From NCBI RefSeq assembly GCF_030028105.1, contig NC_092370.1, forward strand, positions 85,642,969 to 85,706,968: 64,000 bases of DNA, in the 5' to 3' direction. The DNA comes from Mobula birostris (lineage: Eukaryota). The stretch's first letter is position 1. Each line of letters starts with the position of its first letter. Below, in pieces: positions 1-12,934 of the stretch. The notes under the pieces are model-generated. The model searched no databases and had not been told where the DNA came from. It saw only the letters and a program-made list of their open reading frames with translations. A program made the position numbers and the translations under genes.

Positions 1-289
1 ATGAATAAAGCTCTCTTTACTTCAAAGCCTGAAACTGTCCGAGTGGTGTATTTGAGTAATTTCTCTAACAGTTCTTATACATTTGAGTAATTTCCCTAAC
101 ATCTACAAAGTGAAGAGGGCTGTAATATGATAGAAGCCTTTAGATCAAAGCGCCGAGGAAGATTGAAGCATTGAGGTCAATGCGGAGGTCAGATCGGCAC
201 TCGCTCTTAATGGATCAGGCTGGGGGTCGAGAGGCCACGGGAGGCCGCTTCTCAGCGGATGAAGGCCCCACGGAAGGACTGAGTTTGAG

Positions 290-715
290 CTGTTGCTCTC
301 CATCAATACTGATGGAGGATGTTATTGAAATTCCAAGATGTGATTATCAGTGTGGACCGCAACTTACATTGATCTTTCTCAGTTATTCCGTGTTTTCTTG
401 CTTGTTGCCAATTGGTGAGTGGGTGATAAGTCACTTTTTTGGGTAAGGGAGGGGTTTGGTATTTGATGGTATTGTCGCTGTTTTTTTTTGCATGGGAAGG
501 GGTTTGATGTTTTAGCTGCCATGTCTGGGTGGGCAATCCGTTAGTTTCTGTGTGAGGGAGTGGTTGGGGGGTTTGGGGTTTGTGAATTTTGTTTCTTTTT
601 CTTTTTCATGCAGGAGGTGGGCCTCAACAATTTCCATGGTTTTTCTGTATATTATGGTTATCTGGAGAAAACACTTCTCCATATATACTTTGATAATAAA
701 ATTAACCTTTGAAAC
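290..715 (+). mobile_element. Non-coding retroposon remnant with a Rex1/Babar-type 3' tail
   Basis: Ends TATATACTTTGATAATAAAATTAACCTTTGAA, similar to the tails at ~48300-48340 and ~63430-63470. Confidence 0.5.
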
Positions 716-764
716 CCAGTAGAAAGTCGGGTTAACTTGATCTTGCTTGAATTAAAGCACTTAC

Positions 765-1660
765 AAAGGTTCATTTATTGTCAAAGTATGCATGTTCAGT
801 ACAACTCTGATTATGTCTACTCCAGATAGCTATTAAATACAGAAAGACCACGGGAGCATTGGAAGAAAAGACATCCACTCGTCACCCCACCACCCTGGGC
901 ATGAAAAAGAAAAAAAACAAAACTTGCAGACCCCAAAAATGCCCCCTCACACCCAGCACAATAAACAGCGACAAAAGCAGTCCCTCGACCCCGACACCCG
1001 CATAAAAAAATAACGACAATAACAGTCCCGACCCCGTCATTCACAGAAAAAAACAGTGCCAGGAGCACCAAACCTCCAAACCCTCACACACAAAAAAAAC
1101 TAACAGATCACAATCTGTCACAAGAAAGAAAACACCAAAAAAACTGAAGGAAACCAATATAAAGTATGGTCCAATAATCACATAAATCTCAGCATAATCA
1201 GAAACTTTTTGTCTGCATATAAGGAGAGCAGCCACACGAACTCAGCCCTTCTGTAAAAAATGACCGTTATCCCGGGTCCGAAATCGCTAATCCAGCTGCT
1301 GACCCACTCCGCATTCACCTCGATGCTTCAATTTTCCTTGCTGCTTCGAGATGGAGTCACTCATGACCCCGCGCCTCATCTCTGATCTTTTCCATGAGTC
1401 AGCTTGTATTCTCAGTCTTTTTTGCCATCACCACCTCCCTGTCTCTGACCTCCATAAGAAAGGTCTCCAGACACAGCATCACGCTGGATCCTTTGATCAA
1501 GTTCCAAACTGTACTTCACAGGCTCCAACAGTTTCCATAACACAAATGAGATGAGAAGTACAAGCAGAAGGTGGAGAAGTGAGATAATTGGAAAGATTTG
1601 CTGTCTGGAAGATGTTGCCCGAGGAATCGTTGTTTGCTGGCACCATCTTGACCAGAAGAA
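765..1660 (-). mobile_element. Putative non-autonomous retroelement (Rex-type tail, CAAGATGG 5' end)
   Basis: The minus strand starts TTCTGGTCAAGATGGTG (~1660) and ends ATACTTTGACAATAAATGAACC (~770). No coding similarity was recognised in between. Confidence 0.45.
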
Positions 1661-2184
1661 ATGTTAGATGTTAGAAATTTGCATGTTTACTTACATGTTA
1701 AAAATTTAGGTTTCCTTTCCAATCCTTGCATTTTGATCAAAAATTGTAGCACATGTTCAGATTTCTACTGTTTAATGGTGTAAACAATCCACTTGATAAT
1801 AACTTCCGGAGAACACAAAACAGACTCAAGGACAGCTTCTATCTTGCTATTATCAGACTTTTGAATGGATTCTTCATGTACCAAAAGGTGAACTCTTGAT
1901 TTCCTAAATACTTCATCGTGGTCTTATATTTTATCCGGCTACCTGCACTTTCTCTAACAATAACACTGTATTCTACATTCTGTTTATATTGTCAATGTAA
2001 TCACATTTGGCCTGATCTGTATGGTTGGCACACAAAACAAAAGCTTTTCACTGTATCTCAATACACATGGCAATAAATAGCATGGCCTGGCTACCTTAGA
2101 TCATACATCACTCAAGCTTAGATGTATATTTTAATAATCAATGGCACCAAGAACAAAAATGTCCACATTTTTATAGAAAACAGA

Positions 2185-3090
2185 TACAGATACAGTGTTA
2201 GCTGTGAGGAGGATGCTAAGGGGATGCAGGGTGACTTGGATAGGTTAGGTGAGTGGGCAAATTCATGGCAGATGCAATTTAATGTGGATAAATGTGAGGT
2301 TATCCACCTTGGTGGCAAAAACAGGAAAACAGATTATTATCTGAATGGTGGCCGATTAGGAAGAGGGGAGGTGCAACGAGACCTGGGTGTCATTATACAC
2401 CAGTCATTGAAAGTGGGCATGCAGGTACAGCAGGCGGTGAAAAAGGCTGGCATTCATAGCAAGAGGATTCGAGTACAGGAGCAGGGAGGTACTACTGCAG
2501 TTGTACAAGGCCTTGGTGAGACCACACCTGGAGTATTGTGTGCAGTTTTGGTCCCCTAATCTGAGGAAAGACATCCTTGCCAACAGAGGGAGTACAAAGA
2601 AGGTTCACCAGATTGATTCCTGGGATGGCAGGACTTTCACATGATGAAAGACTGGATCGACTAAGCTTATACTCGTTGGAATTTAGAAGATTGAGGGGGG
2701 GATCTTATTGAAGCATATAAAATCCTAAAGGGATTGGACAGGCTAGATGCAGGAAGATTGTTCCCGATGTTGGGGAAGTCCAGAACGAGGGGTCACAGTT
2801 TGAGGATAAAGGGGAAGCCTTTTAGGACCGAGATTAGGAAAAACTTCTTCACACAGAGAGTGGTGAATCTGTGGAGTTCTCTGCCACAGGAAACAGTTGA
2901 GGCCAGTTCATTGGCTATATTTAAGAGGGAGTTAGATATGGCCCTTGTGGCTAAAGGGATCGGGGGTATGGGGGGAAGGCTGGTACAGGGTTCTGAGTTG
3001 GAAGATCAGCCATGATCGTACTGAATGGCAGTGCAGGCTCGAAGGGCTGATTGGCCTACTCCAGCACCTATTTTCTATGTTTCTATGATG
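2185..3090 (+). mobile_element. CR1 LINE 3' fragment
   Basis: RT C-terminus (DLDRLGEWANSWQMQFNVDKC, RTRGHSLRI..FFTQRVVNLW) with frameshifts and a TTCTATG repeat tail. Confidence 0.92.
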
Positions 3091-3452
3091 ATACACAACA
3101 GCACTCCTACATTCAGGAAATGGGAATGAACATCACTTTCATTTGTGTACTGAGAATTATCTTCTGAACTACCTTTAATGATTGCAGATAATCCAATGCA
3201 AATAACGCCACCAATTTCAAGGTTCCATTAAAGTCCAATCCCGACAGCTCATGATTTTGGATGCCTCCTGCATCAACCCAACATATTCAACCTGTGCACA
3301 TTTCATCTTAAGCTTCCTCCTGATTATGTGCACGTCAACAGAAAGTTCAAATTCTTGAAGGGCATAAAAATCAAACCTTCTGTGATTGAAATAACATTAA
3401 AAAATTGTATCCAGAACAAGGGCAAGTCACAGCTAAATTATTAAAGTGGCTA

Positions 3453-3728
<276 letters not shown>

Positions 3729-3859
3729 TTAAAAGATTAATCATTTCTAGTGGACCTAATCATTGAAACTCCTGCACCAAAACATCAGAAGCTATTAAAA
3801 AAAAATACGAGTGCCACTAACACTTGCAAATATGCCATGGAATATGCTTGTCCACATAA

Positions 3860-4185
3860 TGAGAGGCAAAGACAGGAGATAGGCAGTGTCTGTTTCCCAT
3901 TGTAAGGATCTCTAAAACCAAAGGGCATAGGTTTAATGTGAGAGGGGGGGGATCTGAGGGATAGGTTTTTCACACACAAAGGTATCTGGAATGAGCTGTC
4001 AGAGGAGGCATTGGAGGCAAGAACAACAAGAACATTTAAGAGGCATATGAACTGGTACTAAGATGAGCATAGAGAAATAGGGAATTAACGCAAGCAAGTG
4101 GGGTTCGTATAGAGTGGTATACTTGTCGGCATAGACATGGTGAAGCAAAGGTCCTCTTAGCATACTGTACAACCCTAGGATTCTA
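3860..4185 (+). mobile_element. Degraded CR1 3' fragment
   Basis: GGGCATAGGTTTAA..., TGGAATGAGCTG and CR1-like 3' UTR. Confidence 0.65.
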
Positions 4186-5609
4186 CAACAAAGTTGAAGC
4201 CTCTGGAGTACAGGAGGTAGTGACAGCATCAAGCAAAAGTAATGTGAGGGACCAGACAATAGCAATCATGGTAAATGGTTGATTTTCTGGTGTAGCCTGT
4301 TCCGCTACTTGCCTTTCTAAATTTATAATGAATGATTTGGAACACAAGATTTCCAAATGAAATATCACAATGGAGCATAAAACGCAAAGACACATGGAGC
4401 ATAAAACTTCACACAGAAAATTGTGAAATGATCTATTCCATTTTTACCTGGAAGATAAAGGGTTCAATTCTAAAAGCACTGCAAGAAATAAAACTTGGAC
4501 ACGTAGATGTATAAATCTTTTGAAGCCGTTAATACCTATTGAAAACTAAATTTAAAACAGCGCACATGAACTTGGACAGCATAAAAAGAAAAGAGCGCAA
4601 ATTAAGAGAGATCACATTGAACTGCTACATAACCTGGATCTGATTACTCCAAGTTCTGGTCACTGTGGTTGAGAAAGGACATGAATATTTTAGGGACAAC
4701 TCCGAAATTGGTTGGAGAAGCTAGAGCTGTTCTAATGAAATGAAGGTTGAGAGGCAATTTAATTTGAGACCTTCGAAGTCATAAGGGAACCAAAAGGTAA
4801 TAAAGGAAAATAGCTTTGAGTGGTCAAATCAATAGAAACAGGAAGGAAATTTAAAGCAATTGGCAAAAGAACTGGTGGCAACATGAGAGAAAGGCTTTGC
4901 CACAGAATAAAGTTATTCAATCTAGAACCCACTGCATGAAAAGCTGGTGGATACGTATTCAATTCTTTCAAGGGAAATTGTGTGATTTTTTAAAAAACAG
5001 CACAGTTTGGAAAAAGGGAACAGAGCTTGATGGACTTGGTGTCCTCTTTCCATGCTCCAGTTTTCTATGATATTATAACATTGATAAGATAATTCAGCAG
5101 AAACAGCATTGCCCATACTGTGGCAAGAACACCAAGTATACACCTTTAAGAAGAAAGTAAAACTTGATTGGCATAAGGGAAAACCAAAATGAAACATCCA
5201 GTGATAGAGGCAGCTGATAAGTGTGAACACAACAGTCAACATGCAAACAACCAAGAGACACAGTGTACCGAAACGGTGGATAGATGATCTCACATTTAGG
5301 AATGCAAACCCTTACAGATTTATTTTTAACACTAAGCTTCAGTGCTGCCTGAAGAGTTTGTATTAGACATAACAAACGTTTAGTATCGCAGGTACAACGC
5401 TATGCCTGTCAACACATCCGGCTCTCCAGATAATAAATTCCGACTTCAGCTTCCAAATTATATACGCAATCTTTCAGCTAGTTCATCGAATCGGGTGGTG
5501 GGGGGGGTCGGGGAAGAAGAAAGTGAATGTTGTGGGATGGGAACAAAGTGGAGTAAATCAGAATTGATTGGAGAGTATGCAGAGGCGGCTGAGGCAAGAA
5601 GTGTTGGAT

Positions 5610-8600
5610 GGAGAAGGGGCTGATGTCGGGAGTGGTGGGGAGAAGGGGCTGGGGATCGGAAGTGGTGGGGGGAAGGGGCTGGGGATCGGGAGTGGTGGGG
5701 GGAAGGGGCTGGGGGATCGGGAGTGGTGTGGTGGGGGAGAAGGGGCTGGGGATCGGGCGTGGTGGGGGAGAAGGGGCTGGGGATCGGGCGTGGTGGGGAG
5801 AAGGGGCTGGGGATCGGGAGTGGTGGGGGGAAGGGGCTGATGTCGGGAGTGGTGGGGAGAAGGGGCTGGGGATCGGGAGTGGTGGGGAGAAGGGGCTGGG
5901 GATCGGGAGTGGTGGGGGAGAAGGGGCTGGGATCGGGAGTGGTGGGGGAGAAGGGGCTGGAGATCGGGAGTGGTGGGGGAGAAGGGGCTGGGGATCGGGA
6001 GTGGTGGGGGAGAAGGGGCTGGGGATTGGGAGTGGTGGGGAGAAGGGGCTGGGGATCGGGAGTGGAGTGGTGGGGAGAAGGGGCTGGGGATCGGGAGTGG
6101 TGGGGAGAAGAGGCTGGGGATCGGGAGTGGTGGGGGGAAGGGGCTGGGGGATCGGGAGTGGTGTAGTGGGGGAGAAGGGGCTGGGGATCGGGAGTGGTGG
6201 GGGGAAGGTGCTGGGGATCGGGAGTGGTGGGGGAAGTGGATGGGGGATCGGGAGTGGTGGGGAGAAGGAGCTGGGGATCGGGAGTGGTGGGGGAGAAGGG
6301 GCTGGGGATCGGGAGTGGTGGGGAGAAGGAGCTGGGGATCGGGAGTGGTGGGGGAGAAGGGGCTGGGGATCGGGAGTGGTGGGGGAGAAGGGGCTGGGGA
6401 TCGGGAGTGGTGGGGAGAAGGGGCTGGGGATCGGGAGTGGTGGGGGGAAGGGGCTGGGGGATCGGGAGTGGTGTGGTGGGGGAGAAGGGGCTGGGGATCG
6501 GGAGTGGTGGGGGAAAGGTGCTGGGGATCGGGAGTGGTGGGGGAAGTGGATGGGGGATCAGGAGTGGTGCGGAGAAGGAGCTGGGGATCGGGAGTGGTGG
6601 GGGAGAAGGGGCTGGGGATCGGGAGTGGTGGGGAGAAGGAGCTGGGGATCGGGAGTGGTGGGGGAGAAGGGGCTGGGGATCGGGAGTGGTGGGGGAGAAG
6701 GGGCTGGGGATCGGGAGTGGTGGGGAGAAGGGGCTGGGGATCGGGAGTGGTGGGGGGAAGGGGCTGATGTCAGGAGTGGTGGGGGGAAGGGGCTGGGGAT
6801 CGGGAGTGGTGGGGAGAAGGGGCTGGGGATCGGGAGTGATGGGGAGAAGGGGCTGGGGATCGGGAGTGGTGGGGGGAAGGGGCTGGGGGATCGGGAGTGG
6901 TGGGGGGAAGGGGCTGGGGGATCGGGAGTGGTGGGGGAAGTGGCTGGGGGATCGGGAGTGGTGGGGAGAAGGGGCTGGGGATCGGGAGTGGTGGGGGGGA
7001 AGGTGCTGGGGATCGGGAGTGGTGGGGGAAGTGGATGGGGGATCGGAAGTGGTGGGGGAAGTGGATGGGGGATCGGGAGTGGTGGGGAGAAGGAGCTGGG
7101 GATCGGGAGTGGTGGGGGAGAAGGGGCTGGGGATCGGGAGTGGTGGGGAGAAGGAGCTGGGGATCGGGAGTGGTGGGGGAGAAGGGGCTGATGTCGGGAG
7201 TGGTGGGGGGAAGGGGCTGATGTCGGGAGTGGTGGGGGGAAGGGGCTGGGGATCGGGAGTGGTGGGGAGAAGGGGCTGGGGGATCGGCCGTGGTGGGGGG
7301 AAGGGGCTGGGGGATCGGGAGAGGTGGGGAGAAGGGGCTGGGGGATCGGGAGAGGTGGGGGGAAGGGGCTGGGGGATCGGGAGTGGTGGGGGGAAGGGGC
7401 TGGGGGATCGGGAGAGGTGGGGGGAAGGGGCTGGGGGATCGGGAGTGGTGGGGGGAAGGGGCTGATGTCGGGAGTGGTGGGGGGAAGGGGCTGGGGGATC
7501 GGGAGAGGTGGGGGAAGGGGCTGGGGATCGGGAGTGGTGGGGGAAGGGGCTGGGGATCGGGAGTGGTGGGGGGAAGGGGTTGGGGATCGGGAGTGGTGGG
7601 GGGAAGGGGCTGGGGGATCGGGAGTGGTGGGGGAAGGGGCTGGGGGATCGGGAGAGGTGGGGGGAAGGGGCTGGGGATCGGGAGTGGTGTGGTGGGGGAG
7701 AAGGGGCTGGGGATCGGGAGTGGTGGGGGAAAGGTGCTGGGGATCGGGAGTGGTGGGGGAAGTGGATGGGGGATCAGGAGTGGTGCGGAGAAGGAGCTGG
7801 GGATCGGGAGTGGTGGGGGAGAAGGGGCTGGGGATCGGGAGTGGTGGGGAGAAGGAGCTGGGGATCGGGAGTGGTGGGGGAGAAGGGGCTGGGGATCGGG
7901 AGTGGTGGGGGAGAAGGGGCTGGGGATCGGGAGTGGTGGGGAGAAGGGGCTGGGGATCGGGAGTGGTGGGGGGAAGGGGCTGATGTCAGGAGTGGTGGGG
8001 GGAAGGGGCTGGGGATCGGGAGTGGTGGGGAGAAGGGGCTGGGGATCGGGAGTGATGGGGAGAAGGGGCTGGGGATCGGGAGTGGTGGGGGGAAGGGGCT
8101 GGGGGATCGGGAGTGGTGGGGGGAAGGGGCTGGGGGATCGGGAGTGGTGGGGGAAGTGGCTGGGGGATCGGGAGTGGTGGGGAGAAGGGGCTGGGGATCG
8201 GGAGTGGTGGGGGGGAAGGTGCTGGGGATCGGAAGTGGTGGGGGAAGTGGATGGGGGATCGGGAGTGGTGGGGAGAAGGAGCTGGGGATCGGGAGTGGTG
8301 GGGGAGAAGGGGCTGGGGATCGGGAGTGGTGGGGAGAAGGAGCTGGGGATCGGGAGTGGTGGGGGAGAAGGGGCTGATGTCGGGAGTGGTGGGGGGAAGG
8401 GGCTGATGTCGGGAGTGGTGGGGGGAAGGGGCTGGGGATCGGGAGTGGTGGGGAGAAGGGGCTGGGGGATCGGCCGTGGTGGGGGGAAGGGGCTGGGGGA
8501 TCGGGAGAGGTGGGGGGAAGGGGCTGGGGGATCGGGAGTGGTGGGGGGAAGGGGCTGGGGGATCGGGAGAGGTGGGGGGAAGGGGCTGGGGGATCGGGAG

Positions 8601-11015
8601 AGGTGGGGGGAAGGGGCTGGGGGATCGGGAGTGGTGGGGGGAAGGGGCTGATGTCGGGAGTGGTGGGGGGAAGGGGCTAGGGGATCGGGAGAGGTAGGGA
8701 AGGGGCTGGGGATCGGGAGTGGTGGGGGGAAGGGGCTGGGGGATCGGGAGTGGTGGGGGAAGGGGCTGGGGATCGGGAGTGGTGGGGGGAAGGGGTTGGG
8801 GATCGGGAGTGGTGGGGGGAAGGGGCTGGGGAATCGGGAGTGGTGGGGGAAGGGGCTGGGGATCGGGAGTGGTGGGGGGAAGGGGTTGGGGATCGAGAGT
8901 GGTGGGGAGAAGGGGCTGGGGATCGGGAGTGGTGGGGGGAAGGGGCTGGGGGATCGGGAGAGGTGGGGGGAAGGGGCTGGGGGATCGGGAGTGGTGGGGA
9001 GAAGGGGCTGGGGGATCGGGAGAGGTGGGGGGAAGGGGCTGGGGGATCGGGAGTGGTGGGGGGAAGGGGCTGATGTCGGGAGTAGTGGGGGGAAGGGGCT
9101 GGGGGATCGGGAGTGGTGGGGAGAAGGAGCTGGGGATCGGGAGTGGTGGGGGAGAAGGGGCTGGGGATCGGGAGTGGTGGGGGAGAAGGGGCTGGGGATC
9201 GGGAGTGGTGGGGGAGAAGGGGCTGGGGATCGGGAGTGGTGGGGAGAAGGAGCTGGGGATCGGGAGTGGTGGGGGAGAAGGGGCTGGGGATCGGGAGTCG
9301 TGGGGGGAAGGGGCTGGGGATCGGGAGTGGTGGGGGGAAGGGGCTGGGGATCGGGAGTGGTGGGGGGGGCTGGGGATCGGGAGTGGTGGGGGGGGCTGGG
9401 GATCGGGAGTGGTGGGGAGAAGGAGCTGGGGATCGGGAGTGGTGGGGGAGAAGGGGCTGGGGATCGGGAGTGGTGGGGGAGAAGGGGCTGGGGATCGGGA
9501 GTGGTGGGGGAGAAGGGGCTGGGGATCGGGAGTGGTGGGGAGAAGGAGCTGGGGATCGGGAGTGGTGGGGGAGAAGGAGCTGGGGATCGGGAGTGGTGGG
9601 GGGAAGGGGCTGGGGATCGGGAGTGGTGGGGGGAAGGGGCTGGGGATCGGGAGTGGTGGGGGGAAGGGGCTGGGGATCGGGAGTGGTGGGGGGAAGGGGC
9701 TGGGGATCGGGAGTGGTGGGGGGAAGGGGCTGGGGGATCGGGAGTGGTGGGGGGAAGGGGCTGGGGATCGGGAGTGGTGGGGGGAAGGGGCTGGGGGATC
9801 GGGAGTGGTGGGGGGAAGGGGCTGGGGATCGGGAGTGGTGGGGGGAAGGGGCTGGGGGATCGGGAGTGGTGGGGGGAAGGGGCTGGGGATCGGGAGTGGT
9901 GGGGGGAAGGGGCTGGGGATCGGGAGTGGTGGGGGGAAGGGGCTGGGGGATCGGGAGTGGTGGGGGGGGCTGGGGATCGGGAGTGGTGGGGGGGGCTGGG
10001 GATCGGGAGTGGTGGGGGGAAGGGGCTGGGGATCGGGAGTGGTGGGGGGAAGGGGCTGGGGATCGGGAGTGGTGGGGGGGGCTGGGGATCGGGAGTGGTG
10101 GGGGGAAGGGGCTGGGGATCGGGAGTGGTGGGGGGAAGGGGCTGGGGAATCGGGAGTGGTGGGGGAAGGGGCTGGGGGATCGGGAGTGGTGGGGGGAAGG
10201 GGCTGGGGATCGGGAGTGGTGGGGAGAAGGAGCTGGGGATCGGGAGTGGTGGGGGGAAGGGGCTGGGGATCGGGAGTGGTGGGGGGGAAGGGGCTGGGGA
10301 TCGGGAGTGGTGGGGGGAAGGGGCTGGGGGATCGGGAGTGGTGGGGGGGGCTGGGGATCGGGAGTGGTGGGGGGAAGGGGCTGGGGATCGGGAGTGGTGG
10401 GGAGAAGGAGCTGGGGATCGGGAGTGGTGGGGGGAAGGGGCTGGGGATCGGGAGTGGTGGGGGGGAAGGGGCTGGGGATCGGGAGTGGTGGGGGGGGCTG
10501 GGGATCGGGAGTGGTGGGGGGAAGGGGCTGGGGATCGGGAGTGGTGGGGAGAAGGGGCTGGGGATCGGGAGTGGTGGGAGGAAGGGGCTGGGGATCGGGA
10601 GTGGTGGGGGGAAGGGGCTGGGGATCGGGAGTGGTGGGGGGAAGGGACTGGGGATCGGGAGTGGTGGGGGGGAAGGGGCTGGGGATCGGGAGTGGTGGGG
10701 GGAAGGGGCTGGGGGATCGGGAGTGGTGGGGGGGGCTGGGGATCGGGAGTGGTGGGGGGGGCTGGGGATCGGGAGTGGTGGGGGGGGCTGGGGATCGGGA
10801 GTGGTGGGGGGGCTGGGGATCGGGAGTGGTGGGGGGGAAGGGGCTGGGGATCGGGAGTGGTGGGGGGGAAGGGGCTGGGGATCGGGAGTGGTGGGGGGAA
10901 GGGGCTGGGGGATCGGGAGTGGTGGGGGGGGCTGGGGATCGGGAGTGGTGGGGGGGCTGGGGATCGGGAGTGGTGGGGGGAAGGGGCTGGGGATCGGGAG
11001 TGGTGGGGGGGGGGA
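5610..11015 (+). repeat. G-rich minisatellite, ~30 bp unit (GGGATCGGGAGTGGTGGGGGGAAGGGGCTG and variants), in the RNMT intron
   Basis: Directly visible tandem array of about 5.4 kb. The long Gly/Trp-rich ORFs in all three + frames are a by-product of the repeat. Confidence 0.98.
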
Positions 11016-11197
11016 ACGATGAGGCCGGGAGTTGTGGGACGAGGGTTGAGCCCAGGTTTGAGAAGGGGAAGATTAGGTGAAGGTGTGTGCGTATGTTGGG
11101 GGGGGGGGCTAATGTTAAAGGGTTGAGAGAAGAGTCTGGCGGCCAGGGGGGATTTGGGTCAGAGTGGCTGGGGTGTGATTTCAGGCCCTCGCCTCAC

Positions 11198-11356
11198 CTG
11201 GTACTTTCGGTCCACTTGTTCATCTTCCTTCTCTTCCCTCTCCTCGCTGTGCTTGCGCTTCCTGGGCCTCTCCCTGTCGCCATCCATCGAGGCCGGGCAG
11301 CACTGCTCCCCCGCTGAACCACTCATCCCTCGCCCCACGTCCGCTGCCGCCTGCAT
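11198..11356 (-). CDS. RNMT: Probable first coding exon of RNMT (53 aa, charged, with an NLS-like PRKRK)
   Basis: ATG at 11356 in a CpG-rich region. Ends at a strong CAG|GTGAGG donor in phase 0, matching the phase-0 acceptor at 3710. Confidence 0.75.
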
Positions 11357-11359
11357 TAT

Positions 11360-11660
11360 CAAGGCGCCGGAGTGGGAGAAACCTCCCGCGACGTCCGGCT
11401 TACAAATAACCTTTGACCCTTCCCCGACCTGCCCACCAACTTCCTGCAAAGTATCTTTCCATCCGGTTCAGACGGTTGCTATGGCCACCAATCCGCCGGA
11501 GCGACGCCCGTGGGAGTAAGATGCCTTCAGAAGGCTCCCAGCGGCGGGCAGTGCCCTGAAGTTATCGTTCGGTCTTTGCCAGCGGCTCTTGGCCCCGCGG
11601 GAAGGGGAAGGAGGGCGAACGTGCACCAGTCTACGCTGTGGGATCGGCGGCGGAGAGAAT
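11360..11660. promoter_or_regulatory. CpG-rich RNMT promoter region with an RFX X-box-like site and a CCAAT box
   Basis: High CpG density. GTTGCTATGGCCAC at 11476-11489 (X-box consensus GTTGCCATGGCAAC) and CCAAT at 11488-11492. Confidence 0.6.
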
Positions 11661-12934
11661 AAGCATCTTTAAATTAGAACTGGATTATCATTTTCACTTA
11701 GACCATAACATACAGGAGCAGAAGTAGGCAATTCGGTCCATCAAGTCTGCTCTGCCATTCAATCATGGGCTGATCCAATTCTTCCAGTCATCCCCACTCC
11801 CCTGCCTTCACCCCATACCCCTTGATGCCCTGGCTAATCAAGAACCTGTCTATCTCTGCCTTAAATGCACCCAATGACTTGGCCTCCACAGCCACTCGTA
11901 GCAACAAATTCCACAGATTTACCACCCTCTGACTAAAGTAATTTCTCCGCATCTCAGTTCTAAAAGGACGTCCTTCAATCCTGAAGTTGTGCCCTCTTGT
12001 CCCAGACTCCCCTACCATGGGAAATAACTTTGCCCTATCTAATCTGTTCAGGCCTTTTAACGTTTGGAATGTTTCTGTGAGATCCCCCCTTCATTCTCCT
12101 GATTTCCGGGGAATGCAGCCCAAGAGCTGCCAGATGTTCCTCATACATTAACCCTTTCATTCCTGGAATCATTCTCGTGAATCTTCTCTGAACCCTGTCT
12201 GATGTCAGTATATCCTTTCTAAAATAAGGAGCCCAAAACTACACACAATACTCCATGTGTAGTCTCATGACTGCCTTTTAGGCCTCAACATCAGAACCCT
12301 GCTCTTATATTCTATACCTCTAGAAATGAATGCCAATATTGCATTCGCCTTCTTCACAACTGACTCAACCGGAAGGTTAACCTTTAGGGTGTCTTACACA
12401 AGGGCTCCCAAGTCCCTTTGCATCTCTGCATTTTGAATTCTCTCCCCATCTAAATAATAGTCTGCCTGTTTATTTCTTCCACCAAAGTGCATGACCATAC
12501 TCTTTCTAACATTGTATTTCATTTGCCACTTCTTTGCCCATTTCCCTAAACTATCTAAGTCTCTCTGCAGGCTCTCTGTTTCCTCAACACTACCTGCTCC
12601 TCCACCTATCTTTGTACCATTGGCAAATTTAGCCACAAATCCATTAATACCATAGTCCAAATCATTGAAATACATCGTAAAAAGCAGGGGTTCCAACATC
12701 AACCCCTGTGGAACTTCACTGGTAACCGGTAGCCAGCCAGGATAGGATCCCTTTATTCTCACTCTCTGTTTTCTGCTGACCAGCCAGTGCTCCACCCACA
12801 CTAGTAACTTCCCTGTAATTCCACGGGCTCTTTTCTTGCTAAGCAGCCTCATGTGCAGCACCTTGTCAAAGACCTTCTGAAAATCCAAGTACACTATCTT
12901 CTTTGCATCTCCTTTGTCTACCCAGCTTGTAATT

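Noticed and set aside
5610-11015. CRISPR-like or telomeric array
   Set aside because: No unique spacers, no cas genes and no TTAGGG units; the context is a eukaryotic intron.
5568-11126. Long Gly/Trp-rich ORFs of up to 776 aa
   Set aside because: They arise in all three frames from a stop-poor G-rich minisatellite, antisense to RNMT, with no coding signal.
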